From assembly GCA_050945695.1 (NCBI GenBank), contig JBMNTK010000002.1:3395-67394 (forward strand): a stretch of 64,000 bases of DNA. Reading direction: 5' to 3'. Shown here one piece after another: positions 47,819-58,443 of this stretch; position 1 is the first letter of the stretch, and every line of letters begins with the position of its first letter. Made by a program: the position numbers and the translations under genes. Origin of the DNA: Anaerolineae bacterium. GTDB lineage: Bacteria; Chloroflexota; Anaerolineae; DRVO01. Under the pieces are notes generated by a model, which saw only the letters and a list, made by a program, of their open reading frames with translations, did no database searches and was not told the origin of the DNA.

Positions 47819-50093
47819 GATAACCGATGGCGAAATACAGGCCACCGAAGGGGCCCTGGCGAGGTTGTTTGCCGCCCCTCAGCCCGATGAGCGGTTCGTG
47901 CGCGATCTCAGGGAACGTCTCCTGGCCTGCCCTGAGGCCGGGGCCGCGTCGCCGCGAAGGGGCCTGAGCCGACTTGGCGCCATCCTCAGGACCTCAACTA
48001 GGCGTCGCGCCTGGGCGGCGGCAGGGCTCGCCCTGGCCTTGGCCCTGGGCCTGGGAGTGGCCCTGGTGGGGCCGGCCCAGGTGCTGGCAGAGCTGGGCCG
48101 GCTGCGGGGCTACCTCTTCGGCGTGGGCTTTGTGGACCTGGAGGGGACCCGGGCTCTCCTGGCTCCCGTCTCCGTGACCCGCGAGGGCGTCACCCTTACC
48201 GTGGAGCAGCTGCTGGCCCAGCCAGACCGGACGGTCGCCCGTATCCGGGCCGAGGGGCTGCCCTTGGTGACCCATGAGCTGGGCTTCCAACTGCGCCTGC
48301 CCGATGGGCGCACCCTCGACCCCACCGGCTGGAGCGCTCGCCAGGGCGAGGCCACCGTTGACTTCCCACCCCTGCCGGAGGACGTCTACCGGGTGGACCT
48401 GCTTGTGGGACTGCCGGGCATGGCGCCAGAGACCTGGGAGGTCGCCCTAGGGCTGCATCCCACCACAGGAGAGATGATGGTTGCCGGATACACCACCCCC
48501 TACACCCCTGAGGACGCGAGTGATAGCCACCAGAGCCACACCCTGCGGCTGCTGGAGGTGGCGCAGGGTGCGGAGAGCACGGCTCTGAACCTGGAGATCA
48601 CCTGGCCCGATGCCGCGTGGCGCTTCCCCCGGCTGGACCGCGAAGGGCGCGTGGCCCTGCGGGATGACCTGGGACACGTCTACTACGAGGGGGTGCTGCC
48701 TTCAGCCGCCAGCCTGACGGCGAGCAGGCGGGTGGCGGTGGCCATTGAGAGCCACTTTGCCGACCCGACCGCCGCCCCCACTCCTGCCCCGGACGTGGCG
48801 CGCGAGCTGCGCACCATCACCTTTGGTCCAGTCTCACCCTCGGCGAGCCGTCTGACCCTCACCGTGGACGCCCTTACCTTCAGCGTCCCCGTTGATGCCC
48901 AGTTCACCTTGGACCTGGGAGAGGATCCGCAGTTGGGCCAGGAGTGGCCGCTGGATGTGTGGCTGGAGGTGGCCGGGCTGCCCCTGCACATCACCGGGGC
49001 CCGCCTGCAGACCAACGATTCCGAGGGCGAAGATGAGCCCCCCTTCGCCCTGGTGCTGAATACCGATCCCCTGCCCAGCCAGGATGGACGCAGCCTTTCC
49101 GGCCTGTCCTTCAGTGCCCTCGTCGAGGGGCACCGGGGATCCCGAGGCAGCTACGACCCGCGCACCCGGGCCCTGGAGACGGCTCTTCTCTTGGAGACCC
49201 TGCCTCGGGGCAGGATCGCCATCCAGGTGGGCGGGCCTGGGTACGGGGCGGACGTGAGCCTGCATGGTCCCTGGGTGATCACTTGGGAAGTGCCCGGTGG
49301 GCCGCCGGTGCCGGTGCCGCCGCTGTCGCTGCGCCCTGAGGCCTCGCAGACGCGTGATGGGCTGACGCTGCGCATAGAGCAAATGACGGTGACCGACCGG
49401 CTGAGCGCCGTTACCCTGGGCATGGAGCCGGGGCCGGACGGGGAGACGCTGGTGGGGGTGGGGGCCCGGCTGCCGGGTAGTGACCAGGCCGACCTCTACC
49501 ACCTCACCGACGAGCGCGGCAACCGCTACGATCCCGGGCTGACGCTGGGATGGGAGCCGGCCGAGAGCCCGGAGTTCAACCCTCACCGGCTGCTCTTCCC
49601 GCCGCTTCCACCCCTGGCGGGGCAGGTGAGCTTCCACGCCCCGGCCATCGTGGTCCTGCGGCCGGCGCCCGCCACGCTTGAGGTGACGGTGCCGCAGGGG
49701 GTGCGCGAGGGAGGGACCTGGCCGGTGGACGTGACTCTGTCTGTGGGGGGCCACGATGTTCATTTCACCGAGGCCCGGCTGCAGAACCAACTGGTGACAC
49801 TCAGCGCCGACGCGAGGGACCAGGCGGACCACGGGGGGCGGCTTCTGGCCGGCCTTTCCCTGAGCTCGGTGATCGGGCCGGATGGTGTGGAGCGTCCGCT
49901 GGCCACCAGCGCTCTCCTAATGGAGCAGTTCAGCCAGGTGGTCACCTTCCAGGGCCGGAAGCTCCTGTTGGTGGGCTTCAGTGCCGGGACCGGCGGCGGG
50001 CTCATACGCCCCGGCACCTACCGGGTGCAGGTGGCGGGGGTTAACGAGGCCGTGCCCGGGCCCTGGGAGCTGACCTGGCAGATGCCGCAGTAG
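47805..50093 (+). CDS. Putative anti-sigma factor: short cytoplasmic N-terminus, single TM, ~660-aa repetitive extracytoplasmic domain
   Basis: Start overlaps the sigma stop. TM 'WAAAGLALALALGLGVALVG'. Ectodomain shows repeated modules ('G.TL..EQ...DR', 'WP.DV.L.V.G....T.ARLQ'). Confidence 0.55.
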   Translation: MAPSEITDGEIQATEGALARLFAAPQPDERFVRDLRERLLACPEAGAASPRRGLSRLGAILRTSTRRRAWAAAGLALALALGLGVALVGPAQVLAELGRLRGYLFGVGFVDLEGTRALLAPVSVTREGVTLTVEQLLAQPDRTVARIRAEGLPLVTHELGFQLRLPDGRTLDPTGWSARQGEATVDFPPLPEDVYRVDLLVGLPGMAPETWEVALGLHPTTGEMMVAGYTTPYTPEDASDSHQSHTLRLLEVAQGAESTALNLEITWPDAAWRFPRLDREGRVALRDDLGHVYYEGVLPSAASLTASRRVAVAIESHFADPTAAPTPAPDVARELRTITFGPVSPSASRLTLTVDALTFSVPVDAQFTLDLGEDPQLGQEWPLDVWLEVAGLPLHITGARLQTNDSEGEDEPPFALVLNTDPLPSQDGRSLSGLSFSALVEGHRGSRGSYDPRTRALETALLLETLPRGRIAIQVGGPGYGADVSLHGPWVITWEVPGGPPVPVPPLSLRPEASQTRDGLTLRIEQMTVTDRLSAVTLGMEPGPDGETLVGVGARLPGSDQADLYHLTDERGNRYDPGLTLGWEPAESPEFNPHRLLFPPLPPLAGQVSFHAPAIVVLRPAPATLEVTVPQGVREGGTWPVDVTLSVGGHDVHFTEARLQNQLVTLSADARDQADHGGRLLAGLSLSSVIGPDGVERPLATSALLMEQFSQVVTFQGRKLLLVGFSAGTGGGLIRPGTYRVQVAGVNEAVPGPWELTWQMPQ

Positions 50094-50267
50094 GGGATCA
50101 ATCGAAGAGACCGCTGAGATCGCGGAGAATGGATCAACAATGAGCAGGGCCCGGCGGCTGAGCCAGGCCCTGCTTCTCTTTTCTGCGTCTGCTCTGCGCC
50201 CTCTGCGCTCTCTGCGGTTAGATAGCCCCGTGCGGGCTGGTCATGTGCAGGGCGAGGTAAGGTATAG

Positions 50268-51818
50268 CTAGCCCACCCGCTTCATGGTGACTGCCGAGCG
50301 CATCAGCTCCACGAACTCCACCACGTCGGGGTCATCGGGCAGGAGGGGAGCCACCCGACGGGCCTCCTCCAGGACCCCGGACAGGGTGCTATCCTGGGCC
50401 CAGTAGCTCTCGCGCAGGACCTCGGCGCACTCGGCCACCACTACATCCCACTGGAACCGGGGCGAGGCAGCATCGAAGGCGTCCTGCATCTCCTCGGTGG
50501 TGAAGTCCCGGCTGATCTCGGTGACCTCCTGGGTGTCTGGATCGGCCCAGCGCAGGTAGACGGTGGCGATCCTGCCTTCGGCGTCGGGGTGTAGCTTGAT
50601 CTCGTAGAGGGCGGTGACGTTGTGGCCGGCGCCGATCTCTCCGGCGTCCACGCTGTCGTCTCGGAACTTGTCGTCCTCGATGGCGCGGTTCTCGAACCCG
50701 ACCAGCCGGTAGCGCGAGACTACCTCGGGGCTGAAGTCCACCTGCACCTTGGCGTCCTGGGCGATGATCTGCAGGGTGCTGGTGAGGTTATCGAGGAACA
50801 GGCGCCGGGCCTCGTTGAAGGTGTCCACGTAGGCGTAGAAGCCGTCGCCCTTGTCGGCCAGTTGCTCCATGAGCACGTCGTTGTAGTTCTCCATGCCGAA
50901 GCCCACCGTGGTGAGGGTGATGCCCTCGGCGGCATACTCCTCGATCTCCGCCAGGATGGAATCAGCCCCAGTCTGGCCCACGTTGGCCACCCCATCGGAG
51001 CAGAGGATAACCCGGTGTATGCCCTCCTTGTGCATGGCCTCGGCGGCCATCTGGTAGCCCAGCCGCAGCCCCGCCTCGGCATTGGTGGCCCCTTCGGACT
51101 GGAGGCGCTGGATGGCTCTCGTGATGGTCTCTTTCTCCTCGCCGCTAGTTGGCTCCAGCACGACCCGGGCGTCGTCGCCGTACACCACGATGCTCACCGA
51201 GTCCGTGGGCCGAAGCTGATCCACCAGCAACTGCAGGGAGCGCTTGACCAGCCCCAGCCGGTCTTCCATGTCCATGGAGCCGGAGACGTCAATCACGAAG
51301 GTCAGGTGGACGTCTTGACGCTCGTCCGCGGGAACGGCATAGCCCTGGATCCCGATCCGAATCATCTGGTAGCGCTCGGTCTGGGAGAAGGGGACGGGGG
51401 CGCCGTCCACGTAGATGGCGAAGGCGTCGCCGGCGGCCGGGTAGTCGTAGTCCTGCCGGAAGTAGTTGACGAACTCCTCCACCCGGACCGCGTCCTTGGG
51501 CGGGAGGTTGCCCTGGTGGATGTAGGAGCGGGTTATGGTGTAGGAGCCGGTGTCCACGTCCAACGCGAAGGTGGAGAGGTGGTCATCCTCGGTGTCAATG
51601 GAGGGGTTGACGCCGTAGTTCTCGAAGAACGTGTCCGCGTAGGGCTTGTCATTCGGTGGTTGCAGGCCCCAGTCCCCTGCCTCTTGGGAGACGGGTGCCG
51701 GCTGACTGAGTGACCCCCGAAGTTGCCCGGTGACTCCGGGTGCTCCGGCGCAGGCCAAGAGTATCAACGCCAGCACCAGACTCAGTAAGGCGACCGTCCT
51801 GCGCGCGGATGTGGACAT
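50268..51818 (-). CDS. Secreted/lipoprotein von Willebrand factor A protein (YfbK-like)
   Basis: Lipobox 'LLAC'. N-terminal YfbK-type domain. VWA MIDAS 'DVSGSM' ... 'SDG'. ATG at 51818 after AAGGAGAAG. Confidence 0.7.
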   Translation of the reverse strand: MSTSARRTVALLSLVLALILLACAGAPGVTGQLRGSLSQPAPVSQEAGDWGLQPPNDKPYADTFFENYGVNPSIDTEDDHLSTFALDVDTGSYTITRSYIHQGNLPPKDAVRVEEFVNYFRQDYDYPAAGDAFAIYVDGAPVPFSQTERYQMIRIGIQGYAVPADERQDVHLTFVIDVSGSMDMEDRLGLVKRSLQLLVDQLRPTDSVSIVVYGDDARVVLEPTSGEEKETITRAIQRLQSEGATNAEAGLRLGYQMAAEAMHKEGIHRVILCSDGVANVGQTGADSILAEIEEYAAEGITLTTVGFGMENYNDVLMEQLADKGDGFYAYVDTFNEARRLFLDNLTSTLQIIAQDAKVQVDFSPEVVSRYRLVGFENRAIEDDKFRDDSVDAGEIGAGHNVTALYEIKLHPDAEGRIATVYLRWADPDTQEVTEISRDFTTEEMQDAFDAASPRFQWDVVVAECAEVLRESYWAQDSTLSGVLEEARRVAPLLPDDPDVVEFVELMRSAVTMKRVG

Positions 51819-52054
51819 AGCTTCTCTTCTCCTTGTCTGCCGGCTGCGGGGGACCCAGCTCACGATGTCGGACAGCTCTTTGGCTGATAGACGCAATCCC
51901 CCCGACGGGAGTTCCCCCCGTTCACCAGGTTACCATCAGGCAGGTCGGCTGCCTACCGCCCACATGGGCTATACGGGCCGTTGCCGAGATTTGGCAACGA
52001 GGCGAAGTCGTGCTATATTGAGATCATACATAGATGAGGAGGTGATATAGTAGA

Positions 52055-52474
52055 TTGCGCATGCATGAACACAGACACGGTCACGGTCGCCGCGGCCGGC
52101 TCCGTCCCGAAGGGAGGGTGCGCCGCTTTCTGCAGCCCTGGCTGCTGCTGCTCCTGGTAGAGAAGCCCAGCCACGGCTACGAGCTGATGGAACGCCTGGC
52201 GCAGGACCCGAACGCGCCCGAGGGAGACCCGGGCGTGCTCTACCCGTTGCTGCGCCGGATGGAAGCTGAGGGCCTGGTTCGATCGGCTTGGGATACGGAG
52301 AGCAAAGGACCAGCCCGACGCCTATACGAGGTCACCCCAGAAGGGGTGGAGTACCTGCACGCCTGGGCGGTGAGCATCCGCACCACCCGGGACCGATTGG
52401 ACGCATTTCTGAACGCCTATGCGTCGCACTTTGAAGAGGAAGAAAGGAGAGATGCAGATGCATCATTGGACTAA
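52055..52474 (+). CDS. PadR family transcriptional regulator
   Basis: 'LLLLLVEKPSHGYELMERL...GVLYPLLRRMEAEGLV' winged-HTH PadR signature. Confidence 0.8.
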   Translation: MRMHEHRHGHGRRGRLRPEGRVRRFLQPWLLLLLVEKPSHGYELMERLAQDPNAPEGDPGVLYPLLRRMEAEGLVRSAWDTESKGPARRLYEVTPEGVEYLHAWAVSIRTTRDRLDAFLNAYASHFEEEERRDADASLD

Positions 52475-52676
52475 TCGCGCACGAGGACACCACAGAGGCG
52501 AGTGCGGCCCCCGGCCGCACATGCACCCCGGGTTCGGGGGCAGAGGGCAGTGCTTCCGGCGCCGCATGCTGACCCGCCAGGAGCGGATCGAGCGGCTGGA
52601 GGCATACCTCAAGGACCTGCGGCTTGAGGCCCAGGCAGTGGAAGAGCGGCTAGCCGACCTGCGGGCCGCCGGCTAG
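52452..52676 (+). CDS. DUF5320-like small protein (Gly/Arg-rich N-terminus plus coiled coil)
   Basis: 'GPRPHMHPGFGGRGQCFRRR' then 'RIERLEAYLKDLRLEAQAVEERLADLRA'. AAAGGAGAG RBS. Overlaps the PadR 3' end in another frame. Confidence 0.45.
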   Translation: MQMHHWTNRARGHHRGECGPRPHMHPGFGGRGQCFRRRMLTRQERIERLEAYLKDLRLEAQAVEERLADLRAAG

Positions 52677-52698
52677 CCGACTCCGTAGGGGCGCCCCC

Positions 52699-53772
52699 CT
52701 AGAGCTCTAGGGGTGGCAGCCCGAAGAAATCGCGGTAAGCTTCGATCACCGCCAGGTAGTTGCGCATGGGCACACTGGCGGTGATGGCGTTACTGGCACA
52801 GAGGATGTGCCCGCCGTTGCCCATCCCCTTCTCCAGGCATTCCCGGGTGTGCTGCCGCACCTCGTCGGGGGTGGCGAAGCTCAGGGTATTGCCCGGGTCC
52901 AGGTTGCCGTAGAAGGTGATCCGGTCGCCGTAGGCCTCCTTGAGCCGGCCCAGGTCCATGCCCGCATGTAGGTCTATCTCCAGGTAGCCGTCCACCTCGC
53001 AGCCCACCAGGAAGTCCTCGATCACCGGCCACAGGTCGCCGTCACTGGCGTTGACGGCCCAACCGCCCAGCTCGTGGACCCGGCGGGAGACGGTGCGCAC
53101 CTCGGGCATGATGAACTCGTGGTAAGCCCGGGGAGAGATGAGGGGTCGGGTGCCGGCCATGTCTCCCCCCACCCCAAACTGATCTATGCCCAACTGGGCG
53201 TAGCGCTCAACCAGGGCCAGCGCCCGGCGAGTGGCCAGGGCAAAGTGCCTGTGGGCCACCTCCGGGTCCAGGAGCATCGTCTGCATGAGGTCAACGTCCG
53301 TCCAGACCCCGTGGGCGTAGGCTGGGGCCAGGATGGGCAAGTCCAGCCCCCGCCGATCCATCTCCTCCTTGATGTAGACGTAGATGAGGAACTGATCATC
53401 GCTGGGTGGCGGTGCCTGCTCGGCGGCCTCGTTGCGCAGCCGGACGCGCTCCACCGGGTCTTCCGGCGGCTCCGGCTGGGAGGCTTGCGGAGCCGGGTCC
53501 AGGGCGTTGCGGGAGCCGGTGGAGTAGACGTAGAGCATGTCGTGGCCCAGGAGCTGGGCCAGGTCCAACCGGTCGGTCGCGACCCGGCGCACCGCCCCTT
53601 CCCAGCCCAGCTCGCGCAGCAGGCTGGTCCAGTTGGCGGAATCACCGCCGTAGGTTCTGCCCAGGAACTGGTCGGCCAAGGGGGAAAGCAAGACGTACTC
53701 GAAGATCGGGGTGCGGTCGGGCTCGCGGTGAGTTAGGGCGGCCTCAACCCGCTCGCGGGATGTCATCGTCAT
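52699..53772 (-). CDS. URO-D/MtaA family protein, paralog 2
   Basis: 'MTSRERVEAALTHREPDRTPI' N-terminus typical of URO-D-like methyltransferase/decarboxylase fold proteins. Last gene of the Opp-like operon. Confidence 0.7.
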   Translation of the reverse strand: MTMTSRERVEAALTHREPDRTPIFEYVLLSPLADQFLGRTYGGDSANWTSLLRELGWEGAVRRVATDRLDLAQLLGHDMLYVYSTGSRNALDPAPQASQPEPPEDPVERVRLRNEAAEQAPPPSDDQFLIYVYIKEEMDRRGLDLPILAPAYAHGVWTDVDLMQTMLLDPEVAHRHFALATRRALALVERYAQLGIDQFGVGGDMAGTRPLISPRAYHEFIMPEVRTVSRRVHELGGWAVNASDGDLWPVIEDFLVGCEVDGYLEIDLHAGMDLGRLKEAYGDRITFYGNLDPGNTLSFATPDEVRQHTRECLEKGMGNGGHILCASNAITASVPMRNYLAVIEAYRDFFGLPPLEL

Positions 53773-53903
53773 GGAGTGTGCTCCTGAGTGCTGCCTGGAT
53801 GCGGCGCCATTAGGGCCGATAGGATAGCAACAGAGATCGCTTGGTGCCCAACGCTGGGCTGCCCCGCAGAGAAGCCGAAGGACGTAGGGCCTGGTGCATG
53901 CCG

Positions 53904-54464
53904 CTAGCGCTGTGGGTTGCGCAGCAGCCCGGTCAGCTCGGCGATAATCGCCTCGTCAGTTACATCGTAGGTACCGGAGGCCGTGAAGACACGCGTGCCC
54001 GCGGGGAGGCTCTCTCCATCCAGCAGTCCCGGCCAGAATCCATCCCCCTGCCAGGTTGCCCCGACGACGACGGCCACGAGCTTGCCCGCCCGGAACACCC
54101 CGGTGAAGGAGCTCAGGTAGTCGTCGTAGTAGCGGTTCTGGTTGTGGAGGTGGACGTAGGGCGGGGCGAGGCGGCGTTCGACGCTGTCGGGCAGGAAGGG
54201 GATGTCGGCTTTGGCGTTGATGGCCGTCATCAGGCTGGAGAAGCGCTCGCCGTTGTCCCCCTTGGCCAAGTCGGCGAAGACCACTCGATCCCCTAGCCCC
54301 GCCTCCTCCAGATCGGCCAGCACCTGCTGGACTGCCGGCTCATCGGCGAAGCCGTAGACCCACAGCTCATACCCGGTCGGCCGGCCCCATCGCGAGGCCA
54401 GCACGGCCAGCAAGGCAATGCCCACGATGGCGGCGGCGATCCCTCTAGCGCGCCACGTTCGCAC
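53904..54464 (-). CDS. Hypothetical membrane-anchored protein
   Basis: 186 aa with an N-terminal TM (IAAAIVGIALLAVLAS). No recognised domain. Overlaps the OppF-like stop. Confidence 0.4.
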   Translation of the reverse strand: MRTWRARGIAAAIVGIALLAVLASRWGRPTGYELWVYGFADEPAVQQVLADLEEAGLGDRVVFADLAKGDNGERFSSLMTAINAKADIPFLPDSVERRLAPPYVHLHNQNRYYDDYLSSFTGVFRAGKLVAVVVGATWQGDGFWPGLLDGESLPAGTRVFTASGTYDVTDEAIIAELTGLLRNPQR

Positions 54465-55440
54465 CGTTGAGCACCCTCTGGCAAGCAGCGAAATGGTCCG
54501 GCTCGACCTCTACAATCTCGGGCGCCTGGCTCTGGCACTCCGGAAGCGGGTTGGGGCACCGTTCGGCGAAGACACAGCCGGTGGTGCGCCCGAAGCTCTC
54601 CGGTGCCGCGCCCATCCTGGTCTCCTGCTTCCAGCGATTGCGGGGATTGGGCAGCGGGATAGAGCGCAGGAGCTCCTGGGCATAGGGGTGTACGGGATTC
54701 TGGATCACCTTGCCCACGTCGCCCATCTCCACGATGCGCCCCCGGTTGAGCAGGATGATCCGGTCGCTAAGGTAGTAGGCTACCGACAGGTCGTGGGTGA
54801 CGAAGACGATGGACATGCCAAAGTCTTCCTTGAGCCTGAGGAGCACGTTGAGGATGCCCGCCCGGAGCGACATGTCCACCATGGAGACCGGCTCGTCGGC
54901 GATCAGCAGGCGCGGCTTGAGCAGCAACGCCCGGGCTATGGCGACGCGTTGGGCCTCCCCGCCGCTCAACTGGTGGGGGTAGCGACCCCGGACCCGTTCC
55001 GATGAGAGCCCCACCGCTTCCAGGGCCTCGTTGATCAGCCGGCGGGCCCCTGCCTCCGAGTCCGCCAGGCGGAACTTGCGGATGGGCATCTCCAGGAAGC
55101 GGTCTATGGTGTAGAAGGGGTTGTAGACCTGGTAAGGGTCCTGAAAGACGGCCTGCACCCGGCGGAAGTAGGCGCGTTTGTCGCCGGCCATGATCTCAGC
55201 CAGGGACCGGCCCTCGAACATGATCTCACCCGACGTGGGGCCCATCAGCCCGAGAATGAGCCGGGAGATGGTGGTCTTGCCGCTTCCACTTTCCCCGGCC
55301 AGGGTCAGGATGGTCGGTTCCTCGCCGGGGATCGTGAACGACACATCATCAACCGCGTACAGGTACCGCTTCTTGATGATGCCTCCCATGGGAAAGACCT
55401 TGGTGAGGTTGCGTACCTCAAGCAACGGTGTGGAACTCAT
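54445..55440 (-). CDS. Oligopeptide/dipeptide ABC transporter ATP-binding protein (OppF/DppF-like)
   Basis: Walker A 'GESGSGKTT', signature '[15 protein letters not shown]'. Confidence 0.85.
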   Translation of the reverse strand: MSSTPLLEVRNLTKVFPMGGIIKKRYLYAVDDVSFTIPGEEPTILTLAGESGSGKTTISRLILGLMGPTSGEIMFEGRSLAEIMAGDKRAYFRRVQAVFQDPYQVYNPFYTIDRFLEMPIRKFRLADSEAGARRLINEALEAVGLSSERVRGRYPHQLSGGEAQRVAIARALLLKPRLLIADEPVSMVDMSLRAGILNVLLRLKEDFGMSIVFVTHDLSVAYYLSDRIILLNRGRIVEMGDVGKVIQNPVHPYAQELLRSIPLPNPRNRWKQETRMGAAPESFGRTTGCVFAERCPNPLPECQSQAPEIVEVEPDHFAACQRVLNGANVAR

Positions 55441-55441
55441 C

Positions 55442-56449
55442 CTACTCCCCCAAGGAACTGGCGAGCTGGCCACTCGTACTGGCCGGGCCGGCGGTGTCCA
55501 TCAGCAGGCATGCCACCCAGCGTCCGGCCGCTATCTCGCGTAGCACCGGCTCCGTATGGGTGCACTCCGGCATGACCTTGGGGCAGCGCGGAGCAAAGCG
55601 GCACCCGGGAGGGGGTTGGAGCAGGTTGGGTGGCTGACCGGCCAGGCCCTTGATCTCTCGCCGCTCCTCGACCGAGGGTATGGCGGCTACCAGCACCTGG
55701 CTATAGGGATGCAACGGATCCTCGAACAGGTCGAAGACACTGCCGATCTCGACGACCTTGCCGGCATACATGACCAGCAGCCGATCCACCACTTCCGCGT
55801 GCACGGCCAGGTCGTGCGAGATGAGCACTACCGACGTGCCCTGCTGATCGCGGATGTCGGCCAGCGCCTGCATGATGCCCCGCTGCGTCACCACGTCCAG
55901 GGCCGTCGTTGGCTCATCAGCCACAAGCAGGCGCGGCCCCAGGGCGATGGAGATGGCGATCACGCAGCGCTGTTTCATGCCTCCACTTAGCTCGTGCGGA
56001 AACATGCGGCCGGCACGGGGCGGCAGCCCGACCGTCGCCAACAGCTCCGCAGCCTTCTCCCGCATGGCGTCCGTGGACATCCGCTGGTGGGCGGAGATGG
56101 CGTCCACGATCTGGTCGCGTATGCGCATCACCGGGTTGAGGGCATTCATGGAAGCCTGCGGGATGTAGGCGAACGCACTCCCCCGCAGCCGGCGCATCTC
56201 CTCTTCGCCCAGCCCGGTGATGTCCGTGCCGTTCAGGCGGATGCTGCCTCCGGCGATGTAGGCGGGAGGCTTGTGGAGCCTCAGCATGGCCTTGGCCAGC
56301 GTGGACTTGCCGCAGCCCGACTCTCCCGCGATGCCGAAGATCTCCCCTGGCTTCACGTCGAGGCTCACCCCGTCCACCGCTCGCACGGGGCCCCTCATGC
56401 TCCGGTAGTAGGCCTGCAGGTCCCGCACTTCCAGGAGGGGCGCGGTCAT
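55442..56449 (-). CDS. Oligopeptide/dipeptide ABC transporter ATP-binding protein (OppD/DppD-like)
   Basis: Walker A 'GESGCGKST', signature '[15 protein letters not shown]'. Confidence 0.85.
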   Translation of the reverse strand: MTAPLLEVRDLQAYYRSMRGPVRAVDGVSLDVKPGEIFGIAGESGCGKSTLAKAMLRLHKPPAYIAGGSIRLNGTDITGLGEEEMRRLRGSAFAYIPQASMNALNPVMRIRDQIVDAISAHQRMSTDAMREKAAELLATVGLPPRAGRMFPHELSGGMKQRCVIAISIALGPRLLVADEPTTALDVVTQRGIMQALADIRDQQGTSVVLISHDLAVHAEVVDRLLVMYAGKVVEIGSVFDLFEDPLHPYSQVLVAAIPSVEERREIKGLAGQPPNLLQPPPGCRFAPRCPKVMPECTHTEPVLREIAAGRWVACLLMDTAGPASTSGQLASSLGE

Positions 56450-57303
56450 GACTTCCTCATCCTTGGATTGGATACCTCATCGAAGCCCATGATGATCAGA
56501 TATAGGGACACGAAGATGAGCACGAGCACCACGATGGGCGGGACGGCCCACCACCACCATCCTTTCACCGTGGCCGCGTACTGCTGGGCCCAGTAGAGCA
56601 TCAGCCCGATGGAGGTCGCCCCTGGGGGCCCCAGCCCAATAACCTCCAGCGACACCTCGGCCAGGATGGCCCCCGTCACCGACATCACGAAGCCGGCCAT
56701 GACGAAGGGGATCATGTTCGGGAAGATCTCGGTGAAGATGATCTCGGGGGTGCGCATGCCCGACAGGTGGGCGATGCTGATGAACTCCCGCTCCTTCAGG
56801 GTCATGGCCTGCGCCCGGATGGTGCGCGCCGAGCCCTGCCAGCTGAAGGCAGCCAACAGCACGGCCATCAGCGGTATGGTGAAGGACTTCACCGAGGCCG
56901 AGATCAGGATGAGGATCGGCCACAGGGGAATCACGAGGAAGATGTCAATCAGGCTGCGCAGCAGGTCATCAACCATTCCCCCCTTGTAGCCTCCCACCAG
57001 CCCCACCACGAGGCCAAGTAGGGTGCCGAAGGTCCCTGCCAGGAAGCCTATGTAGAGGGAGGTCTGCACGCTGTAGAGCAGGACCACCAGCAGGTCGCGC
57101 CCTAGGCCATCTGTCCCTAGAGGGAACTCGGGCGATGGCTTCCGAAAGGACGGCGCGGAGCCGAACTTGGGGTAGGGGATGTCGAGCAGGTTGGGCAGGA
57201 ACCCGGTGATGACGATCACCACCAGGAGCACGAACCCCAGGACGAACTTCCAGTTTCGGAAGAGCACCCGCAAGGTCGAGAAGAGCGGTGCCGCACGACC
57301 CAT
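56446..57303 (-). CDS. ABC importer permease (OppC/DppC-like)
   Basis: Binding-protein-dependent inner-membrane component. EAA-like loop. Confidence 0.8.
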   Translation of the reverse strand: MGRAAPLFSTLRVLFRNWKFVLGFVLLVVIVITGFLPNLLDIPYPKFGSAPSFRKPSPEFPLGTDGLGRDLLVVLLYSVQTSLYIGFLAGTFGTLLGLVVGLVGGYKGGMVDDLLRSLIDIFLVIPLWPILILISASVKSFTIPLMAVLLAAFSWQGSARTIRAQAMTLKEREFISIAHLSGMRTPEIIFTEIFPNMIPFVMAGFVMSVTGAILAEVSLEVIGLGPPGATSIGLMLYWAQQYAATVKGWWWWAVPPIVVLVLIFVSLYLIIMGFDEVSNPRMRKS

Positions 57304-57305
57304 GC

Positions 57306-58310
57306 CTATTTCTCTCCGTAGCGTATGCGCGGGTCAATCAGCGGATAGATCAGGTCTATCACCAAGTTGGCGGTGAGTACCGTGAATATGATGAGCAGGG
57401 TCATGCCCTGGATGAGGTTGTAGTCGTTTAGCCCTAGAGCCGTGATGTAGAGGTTGCCCAGGCCTGGGTAGGCAAAGATCGCCTCGGTAAGGAGGGATCC
57501 GCTCACGATGTAGCCCAGGGACAGGGCGAGGCCGGTTACCTGCGGCAGCATGGCGTTACGGGCAGCGTAGCGGGTCATGATGGTTCGGGGCTTTAGCCCT
57601 TTGGCCTCGGCGAAGAGTATGTAGTCCTCGCCCTGGATGTTGATCATCAGGCTACGCATGCCGATCACCCACCCGCCCAGCGAGGCCAGGATGATGGATA
57701 GCGCCGGCAGGGTGGCGTGGTAGAGCAGGTCGGCGATGAAGCTGAAGCTCAGTGACGGCACCGCTCCCATGCTCATGGCGCCGGTAGAGGGGAAGATAGG
57801 GATAAGTGAAGCAAAGACGAGAATGAGCACCACGGCGAGCACGTAGTATGGGATTCGGCTGAGCACCAGGCTGATGCCGGCGATCACGGAGTTGACCTTC
57901 GAGTCCTTGAACCAGCCGATCAGGGCCCCGATGAGATTGCCCAGGATCCAGCTCAGGATCACCGTCACCGACAGCAGGCCTATGGTCCAGGGCAGTGCCC
58001 GCTTGATGAGCATCATCACGGGAGAGGGGAAGAAGGCGAGGGAGAGGCCCAGGTTACCGCGCAGGGCCTGGGTGATGTAGCTCACGTACTGGTCCCACAG
58101 CGACCCGTTGAGGCCGAACATCTCTCGGTAGGCCTCAACTAGCTTGTCGGCGTCCGGGATCTGCTGACCGCGGAGCGACATCTGCTGCAAGATGGCTCCG
58201 ATGGGATCCCCTGGTGCCAAGTGCGTTATCAGGAAGATGACCGTGAACGCCGCTAAGAGAGTGATGAGATAGCTAGCGATGCGTTTGAGCACATAGCCGA
58301 TCGGGATCAT
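57306..58310 (-). CDS. ABC importer permease (OppB/DppB-like)
   Basis: 'MIPIGYVLKRIASYLITLL' N-terminus typical of DppB/OppB. Confidence 0.8.
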   Translation of the reverse strand: MIPIGYVLKRIASYLITLLAAFTVIFLITHLAPGDPIGAILQQMSLRGQQIPDADKLVEAYREMFGLNGSLWDQYVSYITQALRGNLGLSLAFFPSPVMMLIKRALPWTIGLLSVTVILSWILGNLIGALIGWFKDSKVNSVIAGISLVLSRIPYYVLAVVLILVFASLIPIFPSTGAMSMGAVPSLSFSFIADLLYHATLPALSIILASLGGWVIGMRSLMINIQGEDYILFAEAKGLKPRTIMTRYAARNAMLPQVTGLALSLGYIVSGSLLTEAIFAYPGLGNLYITALGLNDYNLIQGMTLLIIFTVLTANLVIDLIYPLIDPRIRYGEK

Positions 58311-58443
58311 GCAACCCCCCGTCTAGACGTAGCGGACTCGAGCACCCCGCGGCCCCCCTGCCTAGGAGCCTGGCTTCCGAGGCCCTAGGGCAGCGGCTAC
58401 CGGCCATCGCCGGCGACCGCTGCCCTGAGGCTTTGGCCAAAGG

